A DNA stretch of 64,000 nucleotides from Syntrophales bacterium (GTDB taxonomy: Bacteria > Desulfobacterota > Syntrophia > Syntrophales > UBA2210), in NCBI GenBank assembly GCA_963666365.2, contig CAXXNF010000002.1, forward strand, positions 2,144,001-2,208,000, given 5' to 3'. Both the position numbers and the translations under genes were made by a program. Positions 30,350 to 41,668 of the stretch are shown here, one piece after another; position 1 is the stretch's first letter, and each line of letters begins with the position of its first letter. The notes under the pieces are model-generated. The model was not told the DNA's origin and searched no databases. It saw nothing but the letters and a program-made list of their open reading frames with translations.

Positions 30350-32122
30350 CCTAAATTCCCGGCTTAATGTAACGAGGTTGGCGGGGCGATCCCCATTGCC
30401 TCATAAAGTTCGATTTGTTTCTTTGTCACTTCACCTACGCGAAGTTCATACCCCGGGTACTCAAAGCATTCAATGATGTCCAGTTCATCCAGAAGCTCAT
30501 GCATCGTATATTTTTTGAAAAGATTTCCATCTTGCATCTTCTTTTTGAGATAAGAAAGAAAAATAAGCGCGATAAATTCCACAAACAGCTTGCCGTCCAG
30601 ACTTTGATCGGAGGACACCGCCATGCGGTTGAAATTCAGTCGCTCTTTCAGATTTCCGAAGGCCTTTTCCACAAGATCCTTGTTCCGGTATATTTCCAGG
30701 GCTGCGATAGGTTCCCTGACCTCGTTGCTGAGTAACACAAAAAATCCATAATTCTTTCGTGCATCAAGAAGAGCATCCTCTCTGGCAATAACCTTTGTCC
30801 CTCTTACCGGGGTGGTGGTGACATCAAAATATTTGGCGTACAGCCTGTCGTGTTCCGGAAGGGTTGCGCCGCCTTCCAATTCCTCCTGCAGACGACAAAG
30901 CAGGGCGTTGAAGTTCTTTTCATCCTCCAATGCCCGTTCACTGTTAAAATAGAGGTGCATATACATCCGGCGTTTTCCCTTAAGAATATCGCCCTTGTAA
31001 GGACGCTCCTGAGAATAGTCCCATTCTATCTTCGTGGTGCAGGCATAAAGATCATGTTTCTGATTATAGTGTGTCCAGGTACGGAGTGAATCGCGCACAT
31101 TATCCAGTTCGGTCTTTACGAATTTCAACGACTTCTTTGCGGCAATCAGGAATTTCAAATGATTCCGGTACAGGTCGTTGATATTGTCCTCGCTGTAGAA
31201 TCCCCTGTCCATAACCAGCTTGATCTTGTCGTACCCAAAGAAATCGATGTCAGCCAGAAGGTTCTTCACTGTCTTCACATCGGGAATGTTGCCTGCAAGT
31301 TTTCGGTAGTAAAAAGGAAGATTGGATTCCTCCCCGAACAATAACGCGAGATTGATCTGCGGAAGCGGCTCATGATCCTTGTTCATCCCGTATCTGACCT
31401 GGCTTAAGCATCTGGAATAGCTCGATATGGAGGTCGTATCATAGGCCCAGTACTCTTTCTCGACTCGCCGTCTTCCCTGCAGCCGGAAAAACCGATTCTT
31501 GTCGTCTTCGGTAATAGATGCGAACAACTCACTGCTCCTCTGAGAAGGGATGTTTCTGCCGTAAGGATGCCTATGCGTGGCTGCCCATTTCGGAAAACGG
31601 CTCAAGGGGTTCCTGTCCTCCATGATGAGGTAGTATGCCGTGGACAAAATCTGTTTGTATGTGCCGGGAAAGCATTTTTTCAAATCCGCGGCAATCCCGA
31701 GCTTCTCGCCGATGGCGTCAAAAAGGTATGTTGCCCCGTAAAAACTGCGGGATACATTCTCGATAGGGACCGGACCTCTTTTATGGACTTTGTCATGATT
31801 GCCGGGATCAGTGGCAACCACCCTTTTTCTGGTCGGGATGATCTCCTTTGTCTCGGGATCAACCCGTCCGATGCATCTACGTGTGGCACGAGACTGCTTT
31901 TTCTCTTTATCCCAGTAGGATAGCGATTCATAGGCATAGGTAATTCCCGTCTGCTTGCTGGTCTGATACACAATCGCCGCCATTGAGCACCCCCCCCTTT
32001 TTTATCATCGTTACATTATGCTTAACATGTAACGAGACTCAAATCAAGGAAAAATGCTCCGATCTATTAATGTTTATTCGGCTTTTATGCCTTTCATCGT
32101 TACATTATACCGGGAAGGCAGG
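30350..32122 (-). mobile_element. IS1634-family element (transposase 30364-31983)
   Basis: DDE motifs YDTTSISS, MDRGFYS, VEKAF; ends CCTAAATTCCCGG / CCGGGAAGGCAGG; TATTAT duplication at 30344-49 and 32123-28. Confidence 0.92.
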
Positions 32123-32620
32123 TATTATGTGCATTAGCTAGGATTTGATTTGACAGACATTGTCAGAAAAAATACCTGATTGAATCATCAAGTACACCTA
32201 CCTATCAACACCCATGATGTTACGGCAAACTTACTCATTAATTATTGTAGTCGAGATTTTGCGCTAGAGTGGCGTTATCGTAGGTTTGATACCGTAATGC
32301 TCAGCTTTAGGAGTTTATTTTACGATGGAGCAGGATATTGGCTCCACCTACAAGTCATTGAGGTCTTGCCAAAAGGAAATCAACAATTATCATTTGAAAT
32401 ATCAATATCCCTAAAACTTATTGACAAAACCACTGAAAAGGAGTTACTCATTCGCCAGTTATTTTATTTTTTCCTTATTCACTGCCATGCTTTAACCGCT
32501 TGTAATGAAGGAGTGAGGATGGTTTGAATCTAACAGCCCTGTTTCTAGAAAAGAGAGATAGGGCTTTTGTCTTTTGTGAACAACTCAATATGTTCCGTCA
32601 CCAAGATGAGTAAAAGGGTA

Positions 32621-32784
32621 TTATGCGGACCCGTATAGACCACCACGGCAAATAACACAGTAGCATGTAAGTAATTATAGATATTGTGATATATGACGTA
32701 AGTGATTTGACTAAACAGGATGGTTTTATAAGGGGAAAATTGAGGTTCTGCGGTTTATACGGACCCGTCTAGACAATGTTAGGG
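32621..32784 (+). other. Putative integron attI-like site, no intI nearby
   Basis: 20-bp direct repeat TTATRCGGACCCGTMTAGAC (32621, 32755), then core GTTAGGG (32778) 11 nt before the cassette ATG. Confidence 0.55.
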
Positions 32785-32795
32785 GTTAGAGCAAT

Positions 32796-34205
32796 ATGGA
32801 AACAGATTACTTACACGCATTAGCAAATATAAAATTTGAAGTTGATTGTTGCCTAATTGTCCTTACCCAAGAGGGTGAAATCGATAATCCTCGAATCTAC
32901 AAAGGCCCAGGTACAATAATTCAAAATGACGAAAATTCATTTTCTGTCAAAATTTTTTGTGAAGGAAAATTAGATATTAAAGAAGTGTTTGGCAAAATTA
33001 ATCGTCTGACGCCTGGAAAATTAATCGAAAGGACAAACTACTACTCTCTTGAAGCATCTGACTATGCTGGGAATACATGGACTGCAAACTCCATAATGCC
33101 TAATACAAATGGTGGTATGGACTGTGACGGTTTTTTGGTTTCTGGCAATTTCACTAGGTTATTTTGCCACAGAAAAGAACACTATGAATACAAAGGAATG
33201 ACATTAAAATTATTTTACAAAGGAAAATATAAAATCCCATGTAATACGGTTACAAAATCAAAGCACATAATCGGAACTGAGGATAGAGGAACAAGTAGCA
33301 AATTGAATGTTGCTCAGTTTGAAATTGAAAATATTGAATTCGAAATCTTATCAGACGATGACAGGCTTATTGTTTATCTCTACTCTCAGAGCGAAAATCT
33401 AACAAAAGTTACCGCCCAGAGAATACATGAGGCTCTTCAGTTTGTATTGGTTAACTTAGAGCCTTGGGATATTTTGTTAATTCAAAAAAGTAACATCCAA
33501 GAAACCATCTTTCGAACTGTTCCTCCGACATCTCGGAAATCAAGAGTTCAGCCACCATTGCATTTTGATTCAGTGGATAGAGGTGGGTATGTATGGAATA
33601 TGTTCGAATTATTTCTAAAGTATTCATTGCCGTACCAAGAGGCAGATTGGCACCCATTGTATGCACAAGTTCATAAAGTTATAGAGTCAGGGAAAGCATC
33701 CATTGAAGCACATGCTTTAACATTAGCCGTTTCAATAGAAGGACTGCTTAAATTGTGCTTTCGCGAAGTTGCTCTCCCAGATGATGAGTTCAAGAATAAA
33801 GTTAAAAAAGCAACTGATGAAATTAACAACAGTGGCATCGATAGCAATCTAAAAATAAGGCTGCAAGGCGCACTTGGAGCAATGAAAAGCCCCAGAGCCA
33901 AGGATAGACTTTATAGCCTGCAGCAATCGGGAATAGTTGAGGAACGACTTGTTACTTCATGGAGCAACATGAGAAATAGTTCTGCTCATTCGGATTCCAT
34001 AGAGTTATTAGAAATACAAAATTTTTTAAATGATTGTAGTGCAATGTGTGTACTTTTTAACCAACTAATTTTTCACGTAATTGGCTATAGGGGAGAATAT
34101 ACAGACTATAGCGTTTATGGTTATCCGAAGAAAAAATATGAACCGATAGAAACCCTAACAAATATAGGATTAGTCCCGAGTCGAGGAACGAGCGCTCGGA
34201 ACTAA
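32796..34205 (+). CDS. ApeA-like HEPN protein carried as a gene cassette
   Basis: C-terminal RNSSAH (RxxxxH) after LAVSIEGLL helix; low GC; flanked by GTTAGGG/CCCTAAC. Confidence 0.65.
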   Translation: METDYLHALANIKFEVDCCLIVLTQEGEIDNPRIYKGPGTIIQNDENSFSVKIFCEGKLDIKEVFGKINRLTPGKLIERTNYYSLEASDYAGNTWTANSIMPNTNGGMDCDGFLVSGNFTRLFCHRKEHYEYKGMTLKLFYKGKYKIPCNTVTKSKHIIGTEDRGTSSKLNVAQFEIENIEFEILSDDDRLIVYLYSQSENLTKVTAQRIHEALQFVLVNLEPWDILLIQKSNIQETIFRTVPPTSRKSRVQPPLHFDSVDRGGYVWNMFELFLKYSLPYQEADWHPLYAQVHKVIESGKASIEAHALTLAVSIEGLLKLCFREVALPDDEFKNKVKKATDEINNSGIDSNLKIRLQGALGAMKSPRAKDRLYSLQQSGIVEERLVTSWSNMRNSSAHSDSIELLEIQNFLNDCSAMCVLFNQLIFHVIGYRGEYTDYSVYGYPKKKYEPIETLTNIGLVPSRGTSARN

Positions 34206-34218
34206 TCCATGGTTCAAG
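34153..34218 (+). other. attC-like site 1
   Basis: CCCTAAC ... GGATTAGTCCCGAG / CTCGGAACTAATCC stem ... GTTCAAG. Confidence 0.6.
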
Positions 34219-34465
34219 AAGCCGCGGGCTATAGGGGAAAAGGTTCGATAATCCTGGGATGGTTTTGAAGATTGAATCAGGTAAAAGACCGGAAGAAGAT
34301 CTTTGAAAACATGGTCAATCGAAAGTAAAGGGATTCATCGTCATGAGAAATCCTGATTAAAAGGGTTAAAAGCCTGCCTTTGGGCAGACGGGTGCTATAG
34401 AGCATTCCCTAGTATAGATCATCTCTCGTGGCCTGAAAAAAATCATTGTCTTGCAGATATATTTT

Positions 34466-35560
34466 CTATCCCGAAGGACCCCATCGGGGCATAGGACTTA
34501 CAAAGGCAATAAACCTTAACGCCTGTCCACAGCAGGGACATTTAATCCCTTCCCCTTTATGTTCGGGTGTGTTGGGTAAGAGATCACGGATGACATCGTG
34601 GATTAATGAAATGAGTTCACGCAGCTGTTCGATTGAGAAGGAACTGTTTGAATTGAGAAAGCCGTAGTATCGTATTTTCATAAGCCCTTTCGGCAGGACA
34701 TGCTGAAGAAATCTTCGGATAAACTCCACGGCATCAAGCTTCATGGTTTTCCATGTCTTCTTCCGACGATCTTTATATCGAAATGTAATGACGCCGTTTT
34801 CAATATTTTTAATGCGGTTATTAGAGATGGCGACGCGGAAGACATACCGTGAAAGGTAGCGCAGAGAGTTTTGCCCCGTTCCCACGGCCTGACTATCGAC
34901 AACCCATTGTTGCGTCCAGAGGTCGGGATGAATGGTATCAAAGAGTCTGGCCTTTTTCATTGCATCCCGGAACTTGGCCCGAAAGATGATTGCCAGGGGT
35001 TGTGTGTGCACAAAGAGATCTTGTCTTGAGGATACCCATTGATCTCCTTTTTCGGATACTGCGCCGCCCGGAATAACCAGATGGAGATGAGGGTGATACT
35101 GAAGCATGTTTCCCCAGGTATGGAGCACGGCCAGATAACCGATTCGTGTTGAGCCGACAAACCGCTTGTCTTTCGCTAATTTCCTTAGCGCTGCATGAGC
35201 GCATGAGAACATGGCCGCATAAACGATCTTTTGATGGGATCTGGCAACTTCCCGAAGGCCTTGCGGCAGCGTTATGGTTAAGAGGAAATAATGGGTGGGC
35301 AAAAGCTGTTCCATCTGTTTGTGAAGCCATTGATCCCTTTTATCATGCTGACAGTTCGGACAGTGGCGATTCCCGCAGCAACAGGGAATGGAGTGTATGG
35401 CGCCACAGTCATGACAGCCATACACAATCGTTCCGAAAGAACCACTGCGGCAATCAGTGATATCCTGCATGGCTTTTTTATGAATGTGCGGCATTCGGTC
35501 GCCATGCAGCGCCAGATAGTGCGGCCCATATATCTGGAAGATTTTTTGAATAGCGCTCAT
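34466..35560 (-). CDS. IS91-family (Y2 HUH) transposase with Zn-binding N-domain
   Basis: CHDC...CGNRHCPNC, LHTWG, HPHLH, YLSRY, EFIRRFLQHVLPKG, IRYYG. Confidence 0.95.
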   Translation of the reverse strand: MSAIQKIFQIYGPHYLALHGDRMPHIHKKAMQDITDCRSGSFGTIVYGCHDCGAIHSIPCCCGNRHCPNCQHDKRDQWLHKQMEQLLPTHYFLLTITLPQGLREVARSHQKIVYAAMFSCAHAALRKLAKDKRFVGSTRIGYLAVLHTWGNMLQYHPHLHLVIPGGAVSEKGDQWVSSRQDLFVHTQPLAIIFRAKFRDAMKKARLFDTIHPDLWTQQWVVDSQAVGTGQNSLRYLSRYVFRVAISNNRIKNIENGVITFRYKDRRKKTWKTMKLDAVEFIRRFLQHVLPKGLMKIRYYGFLNSNSSFSIEQLRELISLIHDVIRDLLPNTPEHKGEGIKCPCCGQALRFIAFVSPMPRWGPSG

Positions 35561-36432
35561 GACAACACCCCCTGCATCACCTGTGAGACCCTAGTATGGG
35601 AATCGGTTTGGGCCTGAGTGGTCACATGCAGATACACCATGGTGCTTTGCAACGTTTTGTGGCCCAATATTTTTTGGACATGCCGTATGGGGATATTGGC
35701 TTCCAGCAGGTGCGTTGCATAGGCATGGCGAAAGACATGGGGATGAATATGTTTTTTAAACCCCAGACGCTTCAATGTGCGTTGCAGAACCCCTTGGACG
35801 CCGCTGTCGCTGACATGTGCATTTGCAAATTGAGCATCTTTGCCTCCGTTGTGACCCAGGGCGGGAAAGATCCATTTTGGATTGCGGTGGCTTTTATAGT
35901 ACTCACGTAAAGCCAAGAGGGTGATTTTCGGTAAGGGGACTGTCCGATCCAGTGCCCCTTTCCCCGCATGGATGTGAACCAGACCCCGATCGGAGAGAAT
36001 GTCCCCGACTTGCAGCGTCGTTGCTTCCCTGAGACGAAGTCCCAGGGAATATAAGGTCAGGTAAAAGGTATGACTCTGTAACGTGGGAAGGGCATAAATG
36101 ATCTTTCTCACTTCCTGAAGGCTTAAGATAGTGGGAAGCGTCTGGTCACGCTTCCACTTGATTTCATTGAAAATGTTCCAGGACCGGACAAGCGTCCTGG
36201 TGAAAAAATGCTGGATTCCGGCGTAACTGATTCGTAACGATGCAGCGCTCCAGCCGAATTCACTTTGGCAACAAAGCCAATATTGACGCAGTTCCTCTTC
36301 GGTGATATCTTCTAGCGGCTTGTTGTAAAAGCGTTGCAAGCGCAATACGGAACTTACATACGACTGAATACTTCTTTTTGCATAACCGGCTAACTGGAGA
36401 TCCTCCTTGAAACGTTTGATCACATGGCTCAT
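35557..36432 (-). CDS. Tyrosine recombinase partner of the IS91-like transposase
   Basis: GLRLRE, GKG, HVFRHAYATHLLE, LGH, TMVYLH; start MSHVIK; no IntI-specific insertion recognised. Confidence 0.9.
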   Translation of the reverse strand: MSHVIKRFKEDLQLAGYAKRSIQSYVSSVLRLQRFYNKPLEDITEEELRQYWLCCQSEFGWSAASLRISYAGIQHFFTRTLVRSWNIFNEIKWKRDQTLPTILSLQEVRKIIYALPTLQSHTFYLTLYSLGLRLREATTLQVGDILSDRGLVHIHAGKGALDRTVPLPKITLLALREYYKSHRNPKWIFPALGHNGGKDAQFANAHVSDSGVQGVLQRTLKRLGFKKHIHPHVFRHAYATHLLEANIPIRHVQKILGHKTLQSTMVYLHVTTQAQTDSHTRVSQVMQGVLS

Positions 36433-36562
36433 GGTATCTTCCTTTCTTCTTTTAACCTTGTCGGGTAGAAGATACCGACCTGCAAGCCGGGATGAAGATA
36501 CCATGACTTATTTGATCAAACAATGATGGTTGAAAATCATTAATCTGCCGCGTAGCGGCTTA

Positions 36563-36643
36563 CTTGAACAACGCCATCAACTCGGACGTGCAAAAGCGCC
36601 GCTTCGCTCTGCTTTTGCACGCCAGTTATGGCGAGCGTTACCA
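36563..36643 (+). other. attC site 2
   Basis: CTTGAAC-AACGCCATCAAC...GTGCAAAAGC/GCTTTTGCAC...GTTATGGC-GAGC-GTTACCA: canonical attC stem with an extrahelical base. Confidence 0.8.
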
Positions 36644-37412
36644 ATTACGAAAAGAAACATACTATCACACGATCTCTATTAGCTTCGTTGACTACAGGAA
36701 GGATCAGAGGGTGTCATAATCCCGGAAACCGACATTCACAAACTTGTGCCTTTCAACCTGTACTCAATGCTCCTGCCGGAGCGGTCGTGGTGCGGCTTTG
36801 TCCTTGAAGTCAGGTATGATAATAGGAACAGCGACAATCTCTATTTCGGGGAGTTATGTGATCTGAAAATAACTGCCTGGTCTAATTTGAACTTTCACAT
36901 ATTATGCGCATATTGTCCTTAATACCACAGAGATCCCGGTATCACTCATGAGCCACGTGCAGGAAACCGCGGCGCACGAGATAACATAATCCCGCAGTCC
37001 CCTGAATGGGTATGCTGCAAAGCACATGATTCCCGCTCAATAAGACACCGTCTGTTCTACGCCATAACAGATAAAGTTCCGTGTGCACGGCGGCTATAGA
37101 CTCCCTCCCTCGAAACAAACTGTCCTCTCGGCATATACATTCAAAAGAGATTTGCAAGAACGCCCGAGATAACCGCATTTCGCGATGTAAAGGGGTTTTT
37201 CTTCGCATACCAAGGCGGTTATTGCGAGTTGCCGTCAAAAACCTTGCGGGAAGTCTTTTTCAAGGGTTTATTCCCCACAATCCACACATACGCCCGTCAG
37301 TTTGTTTCCCTTCATGACCCTCAAACAAAAATTTTCCGATCTGCGGAACACACCTGAACAAATATATGTATTGGAAAAGATTCAAATCTTAATCATTAAG
37401 GAGGAAACAGTA

Positions 37413-37592
37413 ATGCAAAAGAAAATCTACATCAGACCGGTCTCTGTGGTGCTTTCTGACGAAATGTTCACCCGTATCAAGGAGATTACCGACAGGGAAA
37501 ACATAGGAATATCGGAGTACATCAGGGCGGCAATTCAGGAAAAATTCAACAATCAATCGAAATCACCAGGAGGAAATGGCCATGAAAGATAA
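37413..37592 (+). CDS. RHH-like regulator
   Basis: AAGGAGG RBS; IKEITDRENIGISEYIRAAI; paralog of 20130-20315. Confidence 0.65.
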   Translation: MQKKIYIRPVSVVLSDEMFTRIKEITDRENIGISEYIRAAIQEKFNNQSKSPGGNGHER

Positions 37593-37791
37593 AGCCTATC
37601 GCACCACCTTCAGTTTTTTAATTGACGCAACCATACACCGCTCTCTGAAAGATGCGGCTAAAAAGGATAAAAGCACCATGTCAAAGCTCTTGCGCGAGGC
37701 CATTGACATGAAACTCAGGGACATCAACAGCCAGAACGGAACCATCGAACTCATGGAGGAGGGATTGAAAGATGAAGGAACAGGAAAATAA
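37576..37791 (+). CDS. RHH-like protein
   Basis: TTFSFLID...LKDAAKKDKSTMSKLLREAID. Confidence 0.6.
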   Translation: MAMKDKAYRTTFSFLIDATIHRSLKDAAKKDKSTMSKLLREAIDMKLRDINSQNGTIELMEEGLKDEGTGK

Positions 37792-38128
37792 AAAAGCAGA
37801 TGCACAAAAACAAAAAATGCCGGAATCGATGACGTTGATAACCAAGCAGGAAAAAAGACTTACTCAGCTCTGGAATGAAGTGCGGTTACTGGAGAAAAAA
37901 ATTCAAAAAATGGAGCAAAGGAAAGAATTGGAAGCGGTAACGGTCATGCTTTCCACTGAGCTGCTTGAAAGGGTGTACACATTTTTGATAGATTGCAACC
38001 GGGCCACAGGAGACAAAATGAGCTTTTCCGAGTATGTTGAAAATTCCCTTTTTCTGTGCCTGGAAGCAGAGGAAAGCCAATGGCAACAAGAGCAGGAAGA
38101 GGCAATGAAGCAGGAGACCGGGAAATAA
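37772..38128 (+). CDS. Coiled-coil/RHH-like hypothetical protein
   Basis: Translationally coupled to the upstream ORF. Confidence 0.55.
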   Translation: MKEQENKKADAQKQKMPESMTLITKQEKRLTQLWNEVRLLEKKIQKMEQRKELEAVTVMLSTELLERVYTFLIDCNRATGDKMSFSEYVENSLFLCLEAEESQWQQEQEEAMKQETGK

Positions 38129-38164
38129 TGAAAGGCTCTGGATGAAATGATGTGAAATATGAGT

Positions 38165-40857
38165 GATATCTGCGGGAGTTGCTTATGGAGATGGAGACGC
38201 TCTCGCAGATCGTAACCGTACGACCAACTCATCTTTCGCTTGAACGCACATTGGATTATAGCTTCCCGTCATGAACACATTTCATGATTGGAGGATGCCC
38301 TATGACACAACAAGAACGCACCGCCCACTGGTCGGCCATCGTAGAGCGGCAGATCGCAAGCGGGATGAGCGGTCTGGCCTGGTGCCAGATGCATCAGATC
38401 AATACGGCAAGTTTCTACTCCTGGCGCCGGAAACTCACTGAACCGCAAGGACAACAGGGATTTATCGAACTTGCATCCTCGACGGCCGACTATGCCGGCA
38501 TTCGCATTTGCATGGGGCCGCTTCTTTCCATCGAAGTGGAACGCGGCTTCGATCCCGTTACCCTGCGCACCGTTATTGAAACGCTTCATAATGGTTCCCC
38601 ATGTTCGGCCTGACAGCATCGGCACGCATCTATCTTTATCGCAGCCCCTGCGACATGCGCAAGTCCTTCGACGGCCTGTGCGGCATTGTCCGCGCCGAAC
38701 TTAGCGCCGATCCCCTTTCGGGATCACTCTTCGTCTTCGTCAACCGGCGGCGGAACATGGTGAAGCTCCTGTACTGGGACAGCGACGGCATGGCCATCTG
38801 GCTGAAACGTCTGGAGCAGGGGTCCTTCGTGCTGCCTTCCCGGCAGTCCCGCGACGGTCATATCGAGCGCCGGGATCTGGCCATGCTCCTTGAGGGAATC
38901 GTGCCGAAAAAAGTGGGAAAACGGTACAAAATATGTGCATAAAAAATAATATAAACACTTGACATTATTATAGTTATGTGCTATACGCCCGCTCATGATA
39001 TTGACGGAAGCACAAGAGATTATCGACCGAAAAGATGCTGCCTGGATTCTGGAATTTGCCGCCCAAAAGGATGCCCAGATCGAAGCGCTTACCCAGAAGC
39101 TCGAATCCGCCCAGCGCCAGTTGACCACCCTGCAGCATCAGATGGAACAGCTGCTGAAACGGCTCTACGGCCGCAAGTCCGAAAAGATCAACCCCGGTCA
39201 GCTGATGTTCGACGACATGGTGCTTCAATCATTAGAGCAGAATGCGGCGGTGAAAGCACAGTTCGAAGACGCTTCTGCCACAGAGACTGTCAAGAAGCCC
39301 CGCAAGGCCTCCCGGCATCACGGCCGGGTTCCCATTCCGGAGCATCTCGAACGGGTGGAGATTCTGCTGGACGTGCCCGAGGATGAAAAGATCGATGCGG
39401 ACACGGGCGCACCCCTGAAGGTCATTTCCGTGGAAGTCTCGGAGAAGCTGGAATACCGGCCGGGGAGACTGATCGTCAACGTCTACAAGCGGCCCCAGTA
39501 TGCGCTGCCGGAGGCATCGGAATCTACCGCCGGCGTCATCGCCGCCTCGCTGCCCGATCACCCCATCGCCAAGTGCAAAGCCGACGTGGGGCTGCTTTCT
39601 CATCTGATCGTCAGCAAGTACGCCGATCATCTGCCTCTCTACCGACAGAACAGCATTCTGGAGCGGGAAGGAGTGGACATTCCCCGGGCCACCCAAACCA
39701 GCTGGCTCATGCAGGTCTATGAGAGCATTCGTCCCTTGGAAACAGTGCTTCAAAAGGCCGTCCTTGAGAGGGACGTGCTCTTTACCGACGATACGCCCGT
39801 TCCTCTGCAGGTCAAGGGAAACGGCAAGGTAAAGAAGGCCCGTCTCTGGGTCTATCTGCGGGGCGGTCCGGGACCGCCGCTGACGGCCTATGACTTCTCC
39901 ATTGATCGGAGCAAGACGCGCCCACTGGAGTATCTCAATGATTACCAGGGGTACGTCCATGCCGACGCCTACGGCGGCTACGACGAACTTTTCAAAAAAG
40001 AAGAGATTATCGAAGTGGGTTGCTGGGCCCATACCAGACGGAAGTTCGACGAGGCGGTTTCATCGCGTCCTCAAGAGGCCACGGACATCCTTGCCCGCAT
40101 CGCCCGGCTCTATCACGAGGTGGAGACCCCCTGTGCCGAGATGACGCCCGAGGAGCGGCGCCGTTTCCGGCAGGCGCATGCAACGCCGCTGCTTGAGGGA
40201 ATCTTTGCAAAGATTGAGGAACTGAGGCCCCGGACGACGCCCTCGGAGCCGTTGCGGACGGCCATCAACTACGCCCTGAATCAGCGGGAGGCGCTCTGCC
40301 GCTATCTGAAAGACGGACGGTTAAGACCCGACAACAACCTGGCGGAAAACGCCATTCGGCCCATAGCGGTAGGTCGAAAAAACTGGCTCTTCGTGGGCAG
40401 CGAACGGGGCGGCCGGGCGGCGGCCCTTTATATGGGTCTCGTTCAATCTTGCAAAAACTGCGACGTCAACCCCTGGGAGTACTTTGACGACATGCTTCGG
40501 CGGATCATGAGCCATCCCGTAAACCGCCTGCGGGAACTGCTTCCCGATCAGTGGAAGCCTGTGCCCAGGGATGAACGGGGCCTGATCATCCAGGGAAAAC
40601 AATAATCAGTGCACCGTATTCCGGCGGTTGAATCCCGTAATCATATTATCAAAGAGCACCGGCTGTACCGGTTTTAGGTACAGCGTACTTCATGTAAAAT
40701 TCTTTTGCTATATGAGTTGGTCGTACGCTTACCGCAGATCCTGCTTTTCCGGCAAGTACGGTCATATGCTTACGGAAATAACAAAGCCTCAACGGTTGAT
40801 CATGGAAAGGTTTGAGGTCAACCACCGGCATAGTTATAAATTGAACGGGATTTTAGG
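38165..40857 (+). pseudogene. IS1634-like 3' remnant split by IS66
   Basis: Flanks read LRELLMEMETLSQ / SGKYGHMLTEITKPQRLIMERF, then an IS1634-type end CGGGATTTTAGG. Confidence 0.6.
38212..40732 (+). mobile_element. IS66-family element (tnpA about 38302-38613, tnpB 38601-38942, tnpC 38995-40605)
   Basis: IRs GTAACCGTACGACCAACTCAT / ATGAGTTGGTCGTACGCTTAC; 8-bp TSD CGCAGATC; DMRKSFDGL, GCWAHTRRKF, NNLAENAIR. Confidence 0.97.
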
Positions 40858-40953
40858 TGACATAATAAGGGAGTAGTCGTAGCTACCCTTTCTGAAGAAA
40901 CTGCATCATAGTGCCTTCCATACCGACACCCGCATTACATTACATCTCTCCTC

Positions 40954-41361
40954 TCATTTTATGACGGTTGAATCATTCAGAATTAACGGCATATCCTCAT
41001 ATTTTGCCCGAAATATCTGCTTCTTCAATCCACCATATCTGTTACGCCTCCATTCATCATAAAAAGAAAACCGATCTTCAGTTGTCGGTTTTGTGCATAT
41101 GATATCATCGCTTACCAATTCTAAACGGCACTGGTAACTTAATTTATCCACAATTTCTTTATCATGAAAATCTTTATTGAGATTGAGCCCTTTTTCAACA
41201 GCTCTAAAAACACCTGTAATTTGTTTGTGTCCCGTTTGATAATAGATGATGTAATCTCCTTCGGCAAGAAGATCCATTTGTGCTTTGTTCCAAAAACCAA
41301 TAAGCCTATTATCAATATTCCACAGATTCCGATGATGTACAACAAACCATATTTCTTTCAT
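40954..41361 (-). CDS. EVE/PUA-like domain protein
   Basis: N-terminal WFVV, LAEGDYIIYYQTGHKQITGVFRAV. Confidence 0.6.
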   Translation of the reverse strand: MKEIWFVVHHRNLWNIDNRLIGFWNKAQMDLLAEGDYIIYYQTGHKQITGVFRAVEKGLNLNKDFHDKEIVDKLSYQCRLELVSDDIICTKPTTEDRFSFYDEWRRNRYGGLKKQIFRAKYEDMPLILNDSTVIK

Positions 41362-41668
41362 ATTAACATCTCCTCTGATTTTTGGGACTTTAGTACTTGT
41401 TCAATCAAAACAGGATATTTCCAGACATAAAGTTTTCCTTTTGATTCATTTTGATGCAAATATGAACATTAAGAGAAAAAGGATACCAATAATTGCTGCA
41501 GATATATTTCTAACTGTACAGTCACTTTCCTTTCTTCTTTTATATTCTTCTTCATCTATATATTCGGAGGGAAAGATAAAATCATTGTATCCCCTGCGTA
41601 TTGGTTTTAACGGTACCTTAATTAACTTTTTTACATTCTTCTTATCACACATTTTATCTCTCCTTTCA

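Noticed and set aside
32180..32527. 115-aa ORF
   Set aside because: TTG start, no motif, spans promoter-like DNA; probably spurious.
35557..36432. Integron integrase intI
   Set aside because: No IntI-specific insertion recognised; it is coupled to the IS91-like transposase and sits inside the array.
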